Of a DNA stretch of 64,000 nt, positions 1 through 9,092 are shown in pieces. Positions within the stretch are counted from its first letter, which is position 1. The number at the start of each line of letters is the position of its first letter. Under the pieces are notes generated by a model. The model was given only the letters and a program-made list of their open reading frames with translations, had not been told where the DNA came from and did not search any database. Origin of the DNA: Patescibacteria group bacterium (GTDB lineage Bacteria > Patescibacteriota > Minisyncoccia > Phycocordibacterales > UBA1550); contig JBBTUT010000003.1 of assembly GCA_038063615.1 (NCBI GenBank), positions 1,352 through 65,351 on the forward strand. Reading direction: 5' to 3'. A program made the position numbers and the translations under genes.

Positions 1-2238
1 TACTCGCGGTATTTGCGGATGAAAGGGTTTAATGTGATGCATCCGATCGGCTGGGATGCATTTGGGCTTCCGGCAGAAAACTATGCAATCAAAACGGGGA
101 TACATCCCGACCAGAGCACCCATCAAAATATCAAGAATTTTATCGCGCAGATGAAAGGGTTGGGTTTTTCGTCCGATTGGACGCGCGAGATCGATACATC
201 TTCACCTGAATATTATCGATGGACGCAATGGTTCTTTCTTCTTCTTTATAAAAATGGCTTGGCGTACAAAAAGAAAGCAAAAGTAAATTGGTGTGAGTCG
301 TGCAAGACGGGCCTTGCAAACGAGCAGGCCCAAGGGGGTCTTTGTGAGCGGTGTAAAAATACTGTGATCCAAAAAGATCTCGAACAGTGGTTTTTCAAGA
401 TCACTGATTATGCCGATGACCTTATCAATGATCTCGATAAGGTTGATTGGCCTTCGTCTACGGTCGCCCAGCAGCGCAATTGGATTGGCAGGAGTGAGGG
501 CGTTGAATTCAGTATGTCAATCGACGGGACAGATACATCGATAGCGGTGTACACCACGCGCATCGATACGGTTTTTGGGATGACCTATGTAGTGCTCGCG
601 CCGGAGCATCCGCTTGTTGAGACACTCTTGTCCGCGGTGAAAAATAAAAGCGAAGTTGAGGGATATATACAGGCGTCGACAAAGAAGACTGAGCTCGAAC
701 GCACCGAACTTGCGAAAGAAAAAACGGGAGTTGTCCTCGAGGGAATTCTCGCAATAAATCCGTTCACAAAAAAACCGGTACCAGTGTTTCTCGGCGACTA
801 TGTTTTGGGCAACTACGGTACGGGCGCGGTGATGGCGGTGCCAGCGCATGATGAACGGGATTTTGAATTTGCAAAAAAATATAATTTATCGATTGTTCCG
901 GTAATTGACGGATTTGACGGCAGTGAGGCATATATAAAAGACGGAACACTTATAAATTCTGGGGAATTTTCCGGCATGTTGTCTGAGGAAGCGCGAGAGA
1001 AGATGGCGTCGTGGCTCCTGTCAGAAGAGTCTGGTTTTAAGAAAGTGAATTATCGTCTTCGCGACTGGCTCATTTCGCGCCAGCGCTATTGGGGTGCGCC
1101 GATACCTGTTATTTACTGCACCATGTGTGGCGAAGTGCCGGTTCCGGAAAAAGATTTGCCGGTCTTGTTACCCAAGGATGTGGATTTTCATCCGACGGGG
1201 GAGTCACCACTCAGGCAATCAAAAAGTTTTCATGAAGTCTTGTGTCCAAAGTGCGGGATGAAAGCAACGCGCGAGTCGGACACGATGGATACTTTTGTAT
1301 GTTCGAGCTGGTACTATTTCCGCTTTGCAGATCCGAAGAATGACAAAGAATTCGCTTCGCGCGAAAAAATAGAGAAGTGGCTTCCCGTCGATATGTATAT
1401 GGGTGGAGCGGAGCATGCCGTCCTTCATCTTATGTATGCGCGTTTCTTCACAAAAGTTTTGAAAAAGCTTGATTACATTGATTTTGACGAGCCATTCTTG
1501 AAAGTTTGTCATCAAGGAATGATCCTCGCTTCCGACGGACGCAAGATGTCAAAGTCTCTTGGTAATGTGATCAACCCGAACGAGCTCGTAGAAAAGTTTG
1601 GAGCAGACACGCTTCGCCTGCATGAGATGTTTCTGGGACCGCTTGAGGATATGAAAGCGTGGAATTCGGATACGATCATCGGACCGCGCCGTTTCCTCGA
1701 GCGCGCGTGGAAGCTAAAAAATAAATTACAACAGACGACCGACAACGAACAACAAGAAAATCAAAAACTAGATACAATTCTTCACAAGACCATCAAAAAA
1801 GTCACCGATGACATCGAATCATTCAGTTTCAATACGGCGATTTCGGCGATGATGATGCTGATCAATGAGATGGAAAAGGCGCCGGTCGTTTCTAGTGAGC
1901 ATTATGAGATTTTTCTCAAGCTCCTCGCTCCGTTCGCTCCGCACATTTCAGAGGAGTTGTGGTCCGCTGTCGGCAACACAGAGTCGATTCACCTGTCCCC
2001 GTGGCCGGTGTTTGATGGTACAAAAATTGTTGAGAGCGAGGTGACGATCGCGATCCAAGTAAATGGCAAGATGCGCGACACGATCGTGGTGCCCGCTGAT
2101 GCTGAAGAAGATGTCATAAAGGGGATGGCGCTCGCACGACCCGCGGTCGCAAAATGGGTGGATGGCAAGGACATAAAGAAGGTTATCGTGGTAAAAGGAA
2201 AAATCATAAATATTGTGGTCGGTGAAACACCGTTGTAA
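1..2238 (+). CDS. leuS: Leucine--tRNA ligase (5' end outside window)
   Basis: GWDAFGLPAEN, DWLISRQRYWG and KMSKS motifs; frame open from base 1. Confidence 0.98.
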   Translation, partial: YSRYLRMKGFNVMHPIGWDAFGLPAENYAIKTGIHPDQSTHQNIKNFIAQMKGLGFSSDWTREIDTSSPEYYRWTQWFFLLLYKNGLAYKKKAKVNWCESCKTGLANEQAQGGLCERCKNTVIQKDLEQWFFKITDYADDLINDLDKVDWPSSTVAQQRNWIGRSEGVEFSMSIDGTDTSIAVYTTRIDTVFGMTYVVLAPEHPLVETLLSAVKNKSEVEGYIQASTKKTELERTELAKEKTGVVLEGILAINPFTKKPVPVFLGDYVLGNYGTGAVMAVPAHDERDFEFAKKYNLSIVPVIDGFDGSEAYIKDGTLINSGEFSGMLSEEAREKMASWLLSEESGFKKVNYRLRDWLISRQRYWGAPIPVIYCTMCGEVPVPEKDLPVLLPKDVDFHPTGESPLRQSKSFHEVLCPKCGMKATRESDTMDTFVCSSWYYFRFADPKNDKEFASREKIEKWLPVDMYMGGAEHAVLHLMYARFFTKVLKKLDYIDFDEPFLKVCHQGMILASDGRKMSKSLGNVINPNELVEKFGADTLRLHEMFLGPLEDMKAWNSDTIIGPRRFLERAWKLKNKLQQTTDNEQQENQKLDTILHKTIKKVTDDIESFSFNTAISAMMMLINEMEKAPVVSSEHYEIFLKLLAPFAPHISEELWSAVGNTESIHLSPWPVFDGTKIVESEVTIAIQVNGKMRDTIVVPADAEEDVIKGMALARPAVAKWVDGKDIKKVIVVKGKIINIVVGETPL

Positions 2239-2367
2239 AATAAGGGTTTTTTGGAAAATTGTCGGGGGACTTGCAAAAAGCTTGACTCTATGCCCATTTA
2301 ATGATAGAAAGTAGTTACTTTGTGTTAGAAAATAAACAATTAATAATAGATTTTAAACAACGCACAT

Positions 2368-3396
2368 ATGTCTGTCATCACTTTTAAACCAAAACAGGTC
2401 GTCAAACGCTTACTCTCGTCTCTTTCGCCGCGCGCGCTCGATGTGATGACCAAGCGCTACGGTCTCGGCGAAGAAACAAACCGCATGACCTTGGAAGGTA
2501 TCGGCGGGACCTATGGTATTACTCGCGAACGCGTGCGCCAGATCGAAAATTTTGCATTGGGAACGATCAAGAAGTCGGACGCATTCAAAAAAGAAACGGC
2601 GGTGTTCGAGGAGCTCAATAAGCTCGTCATCTCCATGGGCGGCGTTGTGTGCGAAGAAGATTTTTTGATGCACATTTCCAAAGATGTAAGCACGCAGAAT
2701 CAGATCTATTTTCTCCTTGTGCTCGGCGAACAATTCAAGCGCGAAAAAGAAGACGAGCAGTTCAGACACCGCTGGATCGTCGATGACAAAACTTCGATGA
2801 AGGTTCACGATGCGATCAAAGAGCTTTACAAATCGCTCTCTCACGAAGACCTCGTTCCCGAGAGCGAGATTGTCGCCGCGTTCCTCAAGCACTTGAGAGA
2901 TGTGTCCGAGGAATACAAGAACGAAGAGGTCACGAAACGCTGGCTCTCTATTTCAAAAACTATTGCGAAAAATCCGCTCGGTGAGTGGGGTATCGCAGAA
3001 TCGCCGAATGTCAACGCGCGCGGTATGCGCGACTATGCGTACCTGATCATCCGCAAGCACGGATCACCGATGCATTTCACGGAGGTTGCAAAATCGATTA
3101 CGCAAGTTTTCGGCAAGAAAGCCCACATCGCCACCTGCCACAACGAACTCATCAAGGACAGCCGTTTCGTCCTCGTCGGTCGCGGACTGTACGCGCTCTC
3201 ATCGTGGGGATATGAAAAAGGCGTAGTGAGAGATGTCATCGCCAAGGTTCTCAAAAAAGAAGGTCCGCTCGCCAAAAAAGATATCATCGACCGCGTGCTC
3301 AAAGAGCGCTATGTAAAAGAGAATACGGTATTCGTAAATCTTCAAGACCCAAAGTTGTTCAAGAGGACGAAAGACGGGAGATATGCGTTGGCGTAA
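2368..3396 (+). CDS. Sigma-70 region 4 HTH plus C-terminal winged-HTH (RNAP delta/HARE-HTH-like) protein
   Basis: N-terminal TLEGIGGTYGITRERVRQIE (region 4.2-like); C-terminal PMHFTEVA..FVLVGRGLYAL. Confidence 0.75.
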   Translation: MSVITFKPKQVVKRLLSSLSPRALDVMTKRYGLGEETNRMTLEGIGGTYGITRERVRQIENFALGTIKKSDAFKKETAVFEELNKLVISMGGVVCEEDFLMHISKDVSTQNQIYFLLVLGEQFKREKEDEQFRHRWIVDDKTSMKVHDAIKELYKSLSHEDLVPESEIVAAFLKHLRDVSEEYKNEEVTKRWLSISKTIAKNPLGEWGIAESPNVNARGMRDYAYLIIRKHGSPMHFTEVAKSITQVFGKKAHIATCHNELIKDSRFVLVGRGLYALSSWGYEKGVVRDVIAKVLKKEGPLAKKDIIDRVLKERYVKENTVFVNLQDPKLFKRTKDGRYALA

Positions 3397-3399
3397 AAG

Positions 3400-3478
3400 A
3401 AGTCTATAAAGTCGAAAGTCCGTAAAGTCCATAAAGTAGATGCATTTGTATCCACTTTTGACTTTACGGACTTTTAGC
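3400..3478. repeat. Short-period AAAGTC repeats in inverted arrangement
   Basis: AAAGTC units followed by GACTTT units. Confidence 0.7.
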
Positions 3479-3521
3479 TTTTAACTTGCGCGCGTTATGC
3501 GCGCGCGGTATGATATGGAGT

Positions 3522-4775
3522 ATGAACATCTGGCAGACTCTCGGTTTTTCGGAACTTTTTCATCAGACCGTCGCAACCCTCGTCTCGGCTTTCGCTTGGT
3601 TCCCCTATTGGGGGCCGATATTTTTTGGGTATGTATTTTGGCATCAGTGGATGCACTTCGTGCAGGGGTACTTTATGTCGCGCACCAACTGGGTGCTCCT
3701 CGAGGTGAAAGTTCCCAAGGAAACTTTCAAATCACCGCTCGCTATGGAGATCGTGCTCAATGCGCTGTATCAAACAAGCGCGGGGAATTGGTACGATAAA
3801 ATGTGGAAAGGAAAAGTGAAAGATTATTTTTCCCTTGAAATGGTTTCTATCGACGGGCATATTAAGTTTTTCATTCGCGCCCCGGCACTTTATAAAAATG
3901 TCATTGAGGCCCAGCTCTATGGTCAGTACCCCGATGTAGAGATTTACGAGGTGCCGGACTATGTCCGCTATGTGGATTATCAAGGGAATGACGGAGACTG
4001 GAAAATTATTGCGGCCGAATACGGACTTACCAAGCCAGACCCATACCCGATAAAGACATATGTCGATTATGGTCTCGACAAAGATCCGAAAGAAGAATTT
4101 AAAATTGATCCGCTCACCTCTATCATTGAATACCTCGGCTCTGTCGGCAAAGGCGAGCAGATTTGGATCCAGATCATCGTGCAGGCGGCGGGGAATCGCT
4201 ACCATATTAAAGCAGGTAAAAAGGAGGGACAACTGGGGGATTGGAAGGATGAAGCAAAGGATATTGTAAAGAGTCTTACTACGAAAGAAAGTAAGGATAA
4301 GGATGGGAAAATGGTTATAGTATCTAAGGTACTGGAAATGACCGAAGGGGATCGCGATGTGGTCAAAGCTATCGAGCGGAGTACAGGCAAGCTTGGTTTT
4401 GATTGTGGTGTTCGCGCTATATACTTGTCTAAAAAGGATAAATACAATGTAAGCAATCTTCGGGCGCTCGGCGGACTTTTACGACCTTTTACCACAAACA
4501 ATTTAAACGGGTTCAAAACGGTAACTACGACCTTTGGCTGGAGTTATCCATGGCAGGATTATAAAGAGATGCGCCTAAACGCGAAGAGAAAGAAAATTTT
4601 CAAGGCGTACAAATATCGCTCGTGGTTTCATTTGCCGCGTAAGCTGAAGCCTTTCGTGCTCAATACCGAGGAGCTCGCGACCATCTATCACTTCCCCGGA
4701 GGTGTGGCTCAGACGCCGACATTTGGTCGTATCCCATCGCGCAAGTCAGAGGCGCCGGTCAATTTGCCAATATAG
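3522..4775 (+). CDS. Conserved membrane-anchored hypothetical protein
   Basis: Long ORF with N-terminal TM segment and C-terminal LNTEELATIYHFP; start placed at the ATG after a GGTATGAT -10-like box. Confidence 0.7.
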   Translation: MNIWQTLGFSELFHQTVATLVSAFAWFPYWGPIFFGYVFWHQWMHFVQGYFMSRTNWVLLEVKVPKETFKSPLAMEIVLNALYQTSAGNWYDKMWKGKVKDYFSLEMVSIDGHIKFFIRAPALYKNVIEAQLYGQYPDVEIYEVPDYVRYVDYQGNDGDWKIIAAEYGLTKPDPYPIKTYVDYGLDKDPKEEFKIDPLTSIIEYLGSVGKGEQIWIQIIVQAAGNRYHIKAGKKEGQLGDWKDEAKDIVKSLTTKESKDKDGKMVIVSKVLEMTEGDRDVVKAIERSTGKLGFDCGVRAIYLSKKDKYNVSNLRALGGLLRPFTTNNLNGFKTVTTTFGWSYPWQDYKEMRLNAKRKKIFKAYKYRSWFHLPRKLKPFVLNTEELATIYHFPGGVAQTPTFGRIPSRKSEAPVNLPI

Positions 4776-4801
4776 AGTTGAATGGGGAATGGGGAAGGGG
4801 G

Positions 4802-4913
4802 AATGAATATCGAATATCGAATGTTGAATATCGAATGTTGAATGTTGAATGTTGAATGTTGAATGTTGAATGTTGAATGTTGAATATCGAATGTTGAATG
4901 TTGAATGTTGAAT
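4802..4913. repeat. Heptamer tandem array (GAATGTT/GAATATC), about 15 units
   Basis: Directly visible 7-bp periodic repeat. Confidence 0.95.
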
Positions 4914-4914
4914 T

Positions 4915-4962
4915 AGCAAAAACGCCTCCTATGTCCTATAGGACATAGGAGGCGTTTTTGCT
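4915..4962. repeat. 48-bp perfect palindrome centred on CTATAG (REP-like)
   Basis: AGCAAAAACGCCTCCTATGTCC-TATA-GGACATAGGAGGCGTTTTTGCT. Confidence 0.95.
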
Positions 4963-5032
4963 TCAAATATCAAATATCAAATAAACATAGATTTATTTCA
5001 GAATTACATTTGGCTATGTTATAATTTTATAC

Positions 5033-6127
5033 ATGGAACAAACACTGGGAGAACAACCAACAGCGGACACTGCTACTGAATTAACAAATTCAGCAACGGG
5101 TCAGACGATTGACAAAGAAGAAGAGAAAGCAGTAGAGAAGCTTCCTCGGACGGCTTTTCTCGCATCGCTCGGCATCGAAAATCGTTCGGCGAAAATCGTG
5201 CTCACAGGCGCGCTCGGAATCGTATTTTTTGCCACGCTCATTTCGTTTCTTTTGATGCCGCCACGCGACTTTCCCAAAGATAAAACGATTACGGTCAGGA
5301 GCGGTGTTTCTCTCGGGCAGGTGTCGCTCCTCCTAAAAGATGAGCACCTTATTCGCTCGCGCACTCTTTTTGAACTCTGCTCAAGGGCTGTCGGCGGGGA
5401 CAAACCGATTCTCGCGGGACAATACTTGTTCAAAGATTCCGCTTACGCATGCACCATCGCAATGCGTATCGCGCGCGGTATTTCGGGTATACCGAGCGTA
5501 CGCGTGACTATTCCCGAGGGAATGTCAAACAAGGAAGTTGCCGTGGTCATTGCGAAACTGCTTCCCGGCTTTGACTCCGCTTTTTTCCTTGAAAACGCGC
5601 GACAAAAAGAGGGGTATCTTTTCCCTGACACTTATTTGCTTTCCACGAGCGTGAATACCGAGAAGATCGTGTCGATAATGAGCGCAAATTTTGAGAAAAA
5701 GATAGAATCATGGATCCCGATCATCGAGTCCTCGGGACGCTCTCTCCGCGATACCATTATTATGGCGTCCATCCTCGAAAAAGAAGCAACTACCGACGAA
5801 GACAAAGAGCTCGTTTCAGGCATCCTTTGGAAGCGCATCAAGATCGGAATGCCACTTCAGGTTGACGCGACATTCATGTATCTTTTTAATAAAAAGTCGA
5901 GTGATATTACGCAAGCGGATCTCCAAATGAAATCAGTGTACAATACCTATCGCAACAAAGGTCTGCCGGGCGGCCCCATCGGCAATCCGGGTATCGCTGC
6001 CATCCGCGCGGCCATCCGCCCAAAAGATTCTCCATACCTCTACTATCTCTCCGACGACAAAGGCGTGATGCACTATGCGAAAACTTTTGCCGAGCATGTG
6101 GTGAATAAGGGGAAGTACTTAAGATAG
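5033..6127 (+). CDS. mltG: Endolytic transglycosylase MltG (YceG family)
   Basis: VTIPEG, EGYLFPDTY, ASILEKE, PLQVDAT, YNTYRNKGLPGGPIGNPG; one TM segment. Confidence 0.95.
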   Translation: MEQTLGEQPTADTATELTNSATGQTIDKEEEKAVEKLPRTAFLASLGIENRSAKIVLTGALGIVFFATLISFLLMPPRDFPKDKTITVRSGVSLGQVSLLLKDEHLIRSRTLFELCSRAVGGDKPILAGQYLFKDSAYACTIAMRIARGISGIPSVRVTIPEGMSNKEVAVVIAKLLPGFDSAFFLENARQKEGYLFPDTYLLSTSVNTEKIVSIMSANFEKKIESWIPIIESSGRSLRDTIIMASILEKEATTDEDKELVSGILWKRIKIGMPLQVDATFMYLFNKKSSDITQADLQMKSVYNTYRNKGLPGGPIGNPGIAAIRAAIRPKDSPYLYYLSDDKGVMHYAKTFAEHVVNKGKYLR

Positions 6128-6210
6128 AATATCGAATATGGAATGTTGAATATGGAATGGGTGTGTTAACCCGTATTTATTCAATATTCAATATTCGATA
6201 TTCGATATTC
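6127..6210. repeat. Inverted heptamer repeats (GAATATC / GATATTC)
   Basis: GAATATCGAATATGGAATGTTG ... TTCAATATTCGATATTCGATATTC. Confidence 0.85.
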
Positions 6211-6215
6211 AGCAC

Positions 6216-7391
6216 ATGAAATTGCAGAAAAAATTAAAAAGATCCGCTAACTCAGCAAAAAAGAACAGTGTGGAAGGCAAGCGTGTCTTTGTCGGGATGT
6301 CGGGCGGGGTGGACTCGTCAGTTGCGGCGGCGCTTCTCAAAAAAGAGGGATATGAAGTGACGGGTGTTTTTATGAAGGTGTGGCAGCCGGATTTTTTGCC
6401 ATGCACTTGGCGCGAGGAACGACTGGATGCGATGCGCGTGGCGGCACAGCTCGGTATTCCGTTTTTGTCGTGGGATTTTGAGCGCGAATACAAGGAGGGA
6501 GTTGCGGACTATATGATTCGAGAATACCGTGCGGGCAGAACGCCGAATCCCGATGTCATGTGCAACAAGGAAGTGAAGTTCGGCGCGTTTTTCCGCAGGG
6601 CGATCGCAGAGGGTGCGGACTTTGTGGCGACGGGGCACTATTCGCGTACGGCGCGAATAGTGCGAGTCAAAAGTGTAAAGTCAAAAGTCAAAAGTCCGAA
6701 TGCAGAATACATGATGTTAAAGGGAGCAGACTCCACGAAAGACCAGTCGTACTTTTTGTGGACACTTGGACAGGAGCAATTGTCGAAGACTTTGTTTCCG
6801 ATCGGTGGGTTCAAAAAGTCACAAGTGCGCGCGCTTGCGAAAAAGTTTGGGCTTCCCGTTGCTGAGAAAAAAGACAGCCAAGGGCTTTGCTTCATGGGGA
6901 AGCTTGATATGAAAGATTTTCTCGCGCATTTTATGGAGGAGAAAGAGGGGAGTGTGGTCAATGAAAAAGGGGAGACTATTGGTACTCATCGCGGAGCATA
7001 TTTTTACACGCTCGGCGAGCGACACGGTTTTACTATCACGCAAAAAGGGACGGATAATGCGCCGTACTATGTCGTGGCGAAAGATCTGAGTACAAACATC
7101 ATTACCGTCGCGCATAAAGTAAAAAACACTCTCGAGTATGCTGTCAAAGAATTACAACTATCGCAAATAAATTTTTGCCGAGGAACCGTGCCTGACCTTG
7201 CCCGCGCATACACCGCGCAAGTACGCTATCACGGCGAACAATATTCTTGCCGTCTTGTTACACTTGGAGGTTCAACCTCCAAGTTGTCTTTCATGTTGCA
7301 ATTCAAAAAACCGGTTATGGCGGATGCCGGTCAATCAGTTGTGATTTATGATGGTATGGAATGTGTTGGTGGTGGGGTGATAGAAAAATAA
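6216..7391 (+). CDS. mnmA: tRNA-specific 2-thiouridylase MnmA
   Basis: MSGGVDSS, TPNPDVMCN, ATGHY, KDQSYFL, DSQGLCF. Confidence 0.98.
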   Translation: MKLQKKLKRSANSAKKNSVEGKRVFVGMSGGVDSSVAAALLKKEGYEVTGVFMKVWQPDFLPCTWREERLDAMRVAAQLGIPFLSWDFEREYKEGVADYMIREYRAGRTPNPDVMCNKEVKFGAFFRRAIAEGADFVATGHYSRTARIVRVKSVKSKVKSPNAEYMMLKGADSTKDQSYFLWTLGQEQLSKTLFPIGGFKKSQVRALAKKFGLPVAEKKDSQGLCFMGKLDMKDFLAHFMEEKEGSVVNEKGETIGTHRGAYFYTLGERHGFTITQKGTDNAPYYVVAKDLSTNIITVAHKVKNTLEYAVKELQLSQINFCRGTVPDLARAYTAQVRYHGEQYSCRLVTLGGSTSKLSFMLQFKKPVMADAGQSVVIYDGMECVGGGVIEK

Positions 7392-7398
7392 CGAGGGG

Positions 7399-7450
7399 CG
7401 CTTACTGGTATCTATTTCAAGCTATAGCTTGAAATAGATACCAGTAAGCG
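7399..7450. repeat. 52-bp perfect palindrome centred on CTATAG
   Basis: CGCTTACTGGTATCTATTTCAAGC-TATA-GCTTGAAATAGATACCAGTAAGCG. Confidence 0.95.
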
Positions 7451-7505
7451 AGTAAGCGACGAGAAGAGTTTTGTTTTGTGCTCGCGCGCATGGTAAACTT
7501 ATCAA

Positions 7506-8360
7506 ATGGTAAAAGAGCGAAATGCCGTCGCGTGGGTGATAAAGAGCACGGGGGAGCGGGAGCGGTTTTCTTTGACCAAGCTTCGGCGTTCACTCGTGCG
7601 TTCAGGCGCGGATAAAGAGACTGTTGAAACGGTCATATCGCACATCATTCCAGAGCTTCATGATGGGATGAAGACTTCGCAGATTTACAAGCATGCGTAC
7701 TCGATCCTCAAGAAGAGTAAATACCCAGTGGCTATCCGCTACTCGCTCCGCAAGGCGGTGATGGAGCTTGGACCGAGCGGATTTCCGTTTGAAAAATATG
7801 TAGCAGAGGTGCTGAGGCGCAAGGGGTACAGAGCGCAGACGGGCGTGATACTTCCCGGCTTTTGCGTATCGCATGAAGTGGATGTGCTCATGGAAAAAGA
7901 CAATCGTCATATTTTTGCCGAGTGCAAGTTCCACAATCAGCAGGGTATCAAGACCGATGTGAAGGTCGCGCTCTATGTGCACGCGCGGTTCCTCGATCTG
8001 CAAAAAGGGCACGATATGAAAGAGGGCGCGGTGCCGAAAATTCACGAGGGGTGGCTCATCACCAATACGAAACTCACGCTTGATGCTATCCAATATGCAC
8101 AATGCGCAGGACTCAATGTTATCGGGTGGGACTATCCCGAACAGGGCAACTTGCAAGACCTCATCTTGGAGACGGGGGTGCACCCGCTCACCTTCCTTTC
8201 GACGCTGAGCCAGAGTGATAAAAATAGTCTCCTCGAGCAGGGAATCGTGATGTGTCGTGATCTCAAAAATAGCCCCGCTCCGCTCAAATCAATAGGATTT
8301 TCGGACGAGCAGATAAAAAATGTCGTGAATGAGATCGACAAGGTGTGCCAAGAATTTTAA
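7506..8360 (+). CDS. ATP-cone domain plus restriction-endonuclease-like (Mrr/PD-(D/E)xK) domain protein
   Basis: N-terminal VIKSTGERERFSLTKL (ATP cone); FEKYVA..HEVDV..AECK nuclease-type motif. Confidence 0.8.
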   Translation: MVKERNAVAWVIKSTGERERFSLTKLRRSLVRSGADKETVETVISHIIPELHDGMKTSQIYKHAYSILKKSKYPVAIRYSLRKAVMELGPSGFPFEKYVAEVLRRKGYRAQTGVILPGFCVSHEVDVLMEKDNRHIFAECKFHNQQGIKTDVKVALYVHARFLDLQKGHDMKEGAVPKIHEGWLITNTKLTLDAIQYAQCAGLNVIGWDYPEQGNLQDLILETGVHPLTFLSTLSQSDKNSLLEQGIVMCRDLKNSPAPLKSIGFSDEQIKNVVNEIDKVCQEF

Positions 8361-8438
8361 GTTCTAGGAAGGGGAGTCCTTCCTAGAACTTCCTGAAATT
8401 TTTGAAATTACCAAAAGTTTGATACAATATAGTTATAT

Positions 8439-8912
8439 ATGATCACCGACATTTTTCCTCTCGATACTATTGATATGCTCCTCAAGCTGGTGGCGGCGCT
8501 TTTTTTGGGGATGTCGCTTGGAGTGGAGCGCGCAATAGCTGGCAAGACTGCCGGCATGCGCACCTATGGCTTGGTGACGATGGGGTCGGCGCTCTTTGTC
8601 ATTGTTTCAATTTCTGCCGCCGGCGGTCTGGCTTCCACAGAGGCGATCCGTGAGTCGCTCCGCTTTTCCGGTCAAATTTTGCCGGGGATTGGGTTTATCG
8701 GCGCCGGACTTATTATTTTCAGGGGTTCGAAAGTGAGCGGTATCACGACGGCAGCCGGTATTTGGGTCTCCGCCGGTGTCGGCGTTTCCGTCGGATATGG
8801 GCTATACACAGTCGCGGTCGCGACGACCATCATGGTACTCATTATTTTTACCGGATTTTGGTATGTTGAAAACAAAGTGAAGTCACTCGCGCATCTTTCT
8901 CAGGAGGACTAA
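8439..8912 (+). CDS. MgtC/SapB family membrane protein
   Basis: GVER..AGMRTY, GIGFIGAG, GITTAAGIW. Confidence 0.92.
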   Translation: MITDIFPLDTIDMLLKLVAALFLGMSLGVERAIAGKTAGMRTYGLVTMGSALFVIVSISAAGGLASTEAIRESLRFSGQILPGIGFIGAGLIIFRGSKVSGITTAAGIWVSAGVGVSVGYGLYTVAVATTIMVLIIFTGFWYVENKVKSLAHLSQED

Positions 8913-8976
8913 TGGAGGAAAAGCGCCAGAGGGGGGGATGGGGAATAGTGAAGAGAACAGGGAAGATTTCATAATA

Positions 8977-9028
8977 AGTCCACTAACATCTATTTCAAGC
9001 TATAGCTTGAAATAGATGTTAGTGGACT
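8977..9028. repeat. 52-bp perfect palindrome sharing a 30-bp core with 7399-7450
   Basis: AGTCCACTAACATCTATTTCAAGC-TATA-GCTTGAAATAGATGTTAGTGGACT. Confidence 0.95.
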
Positions 9029-9092
9029 GTGATGGTTGACGGTATATAGTTGTGTTGGCGGAGGAAGGCAATTTGGTATAAGATAGGCGGAT

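Noticed and set aside
4802-4913. Possible CRISPR array
   Set aside because: 7-bp units with no unique spacers and no cas genes in the window.
7399-9028. Palindromes as protelomerase (tel) sites or as ends of a composite transposon around the ATP-cone/MgtC genes
   Set aside because: No protelomerase gene; multiple dispersed copies; outer arms differ and no target duplication is visible.
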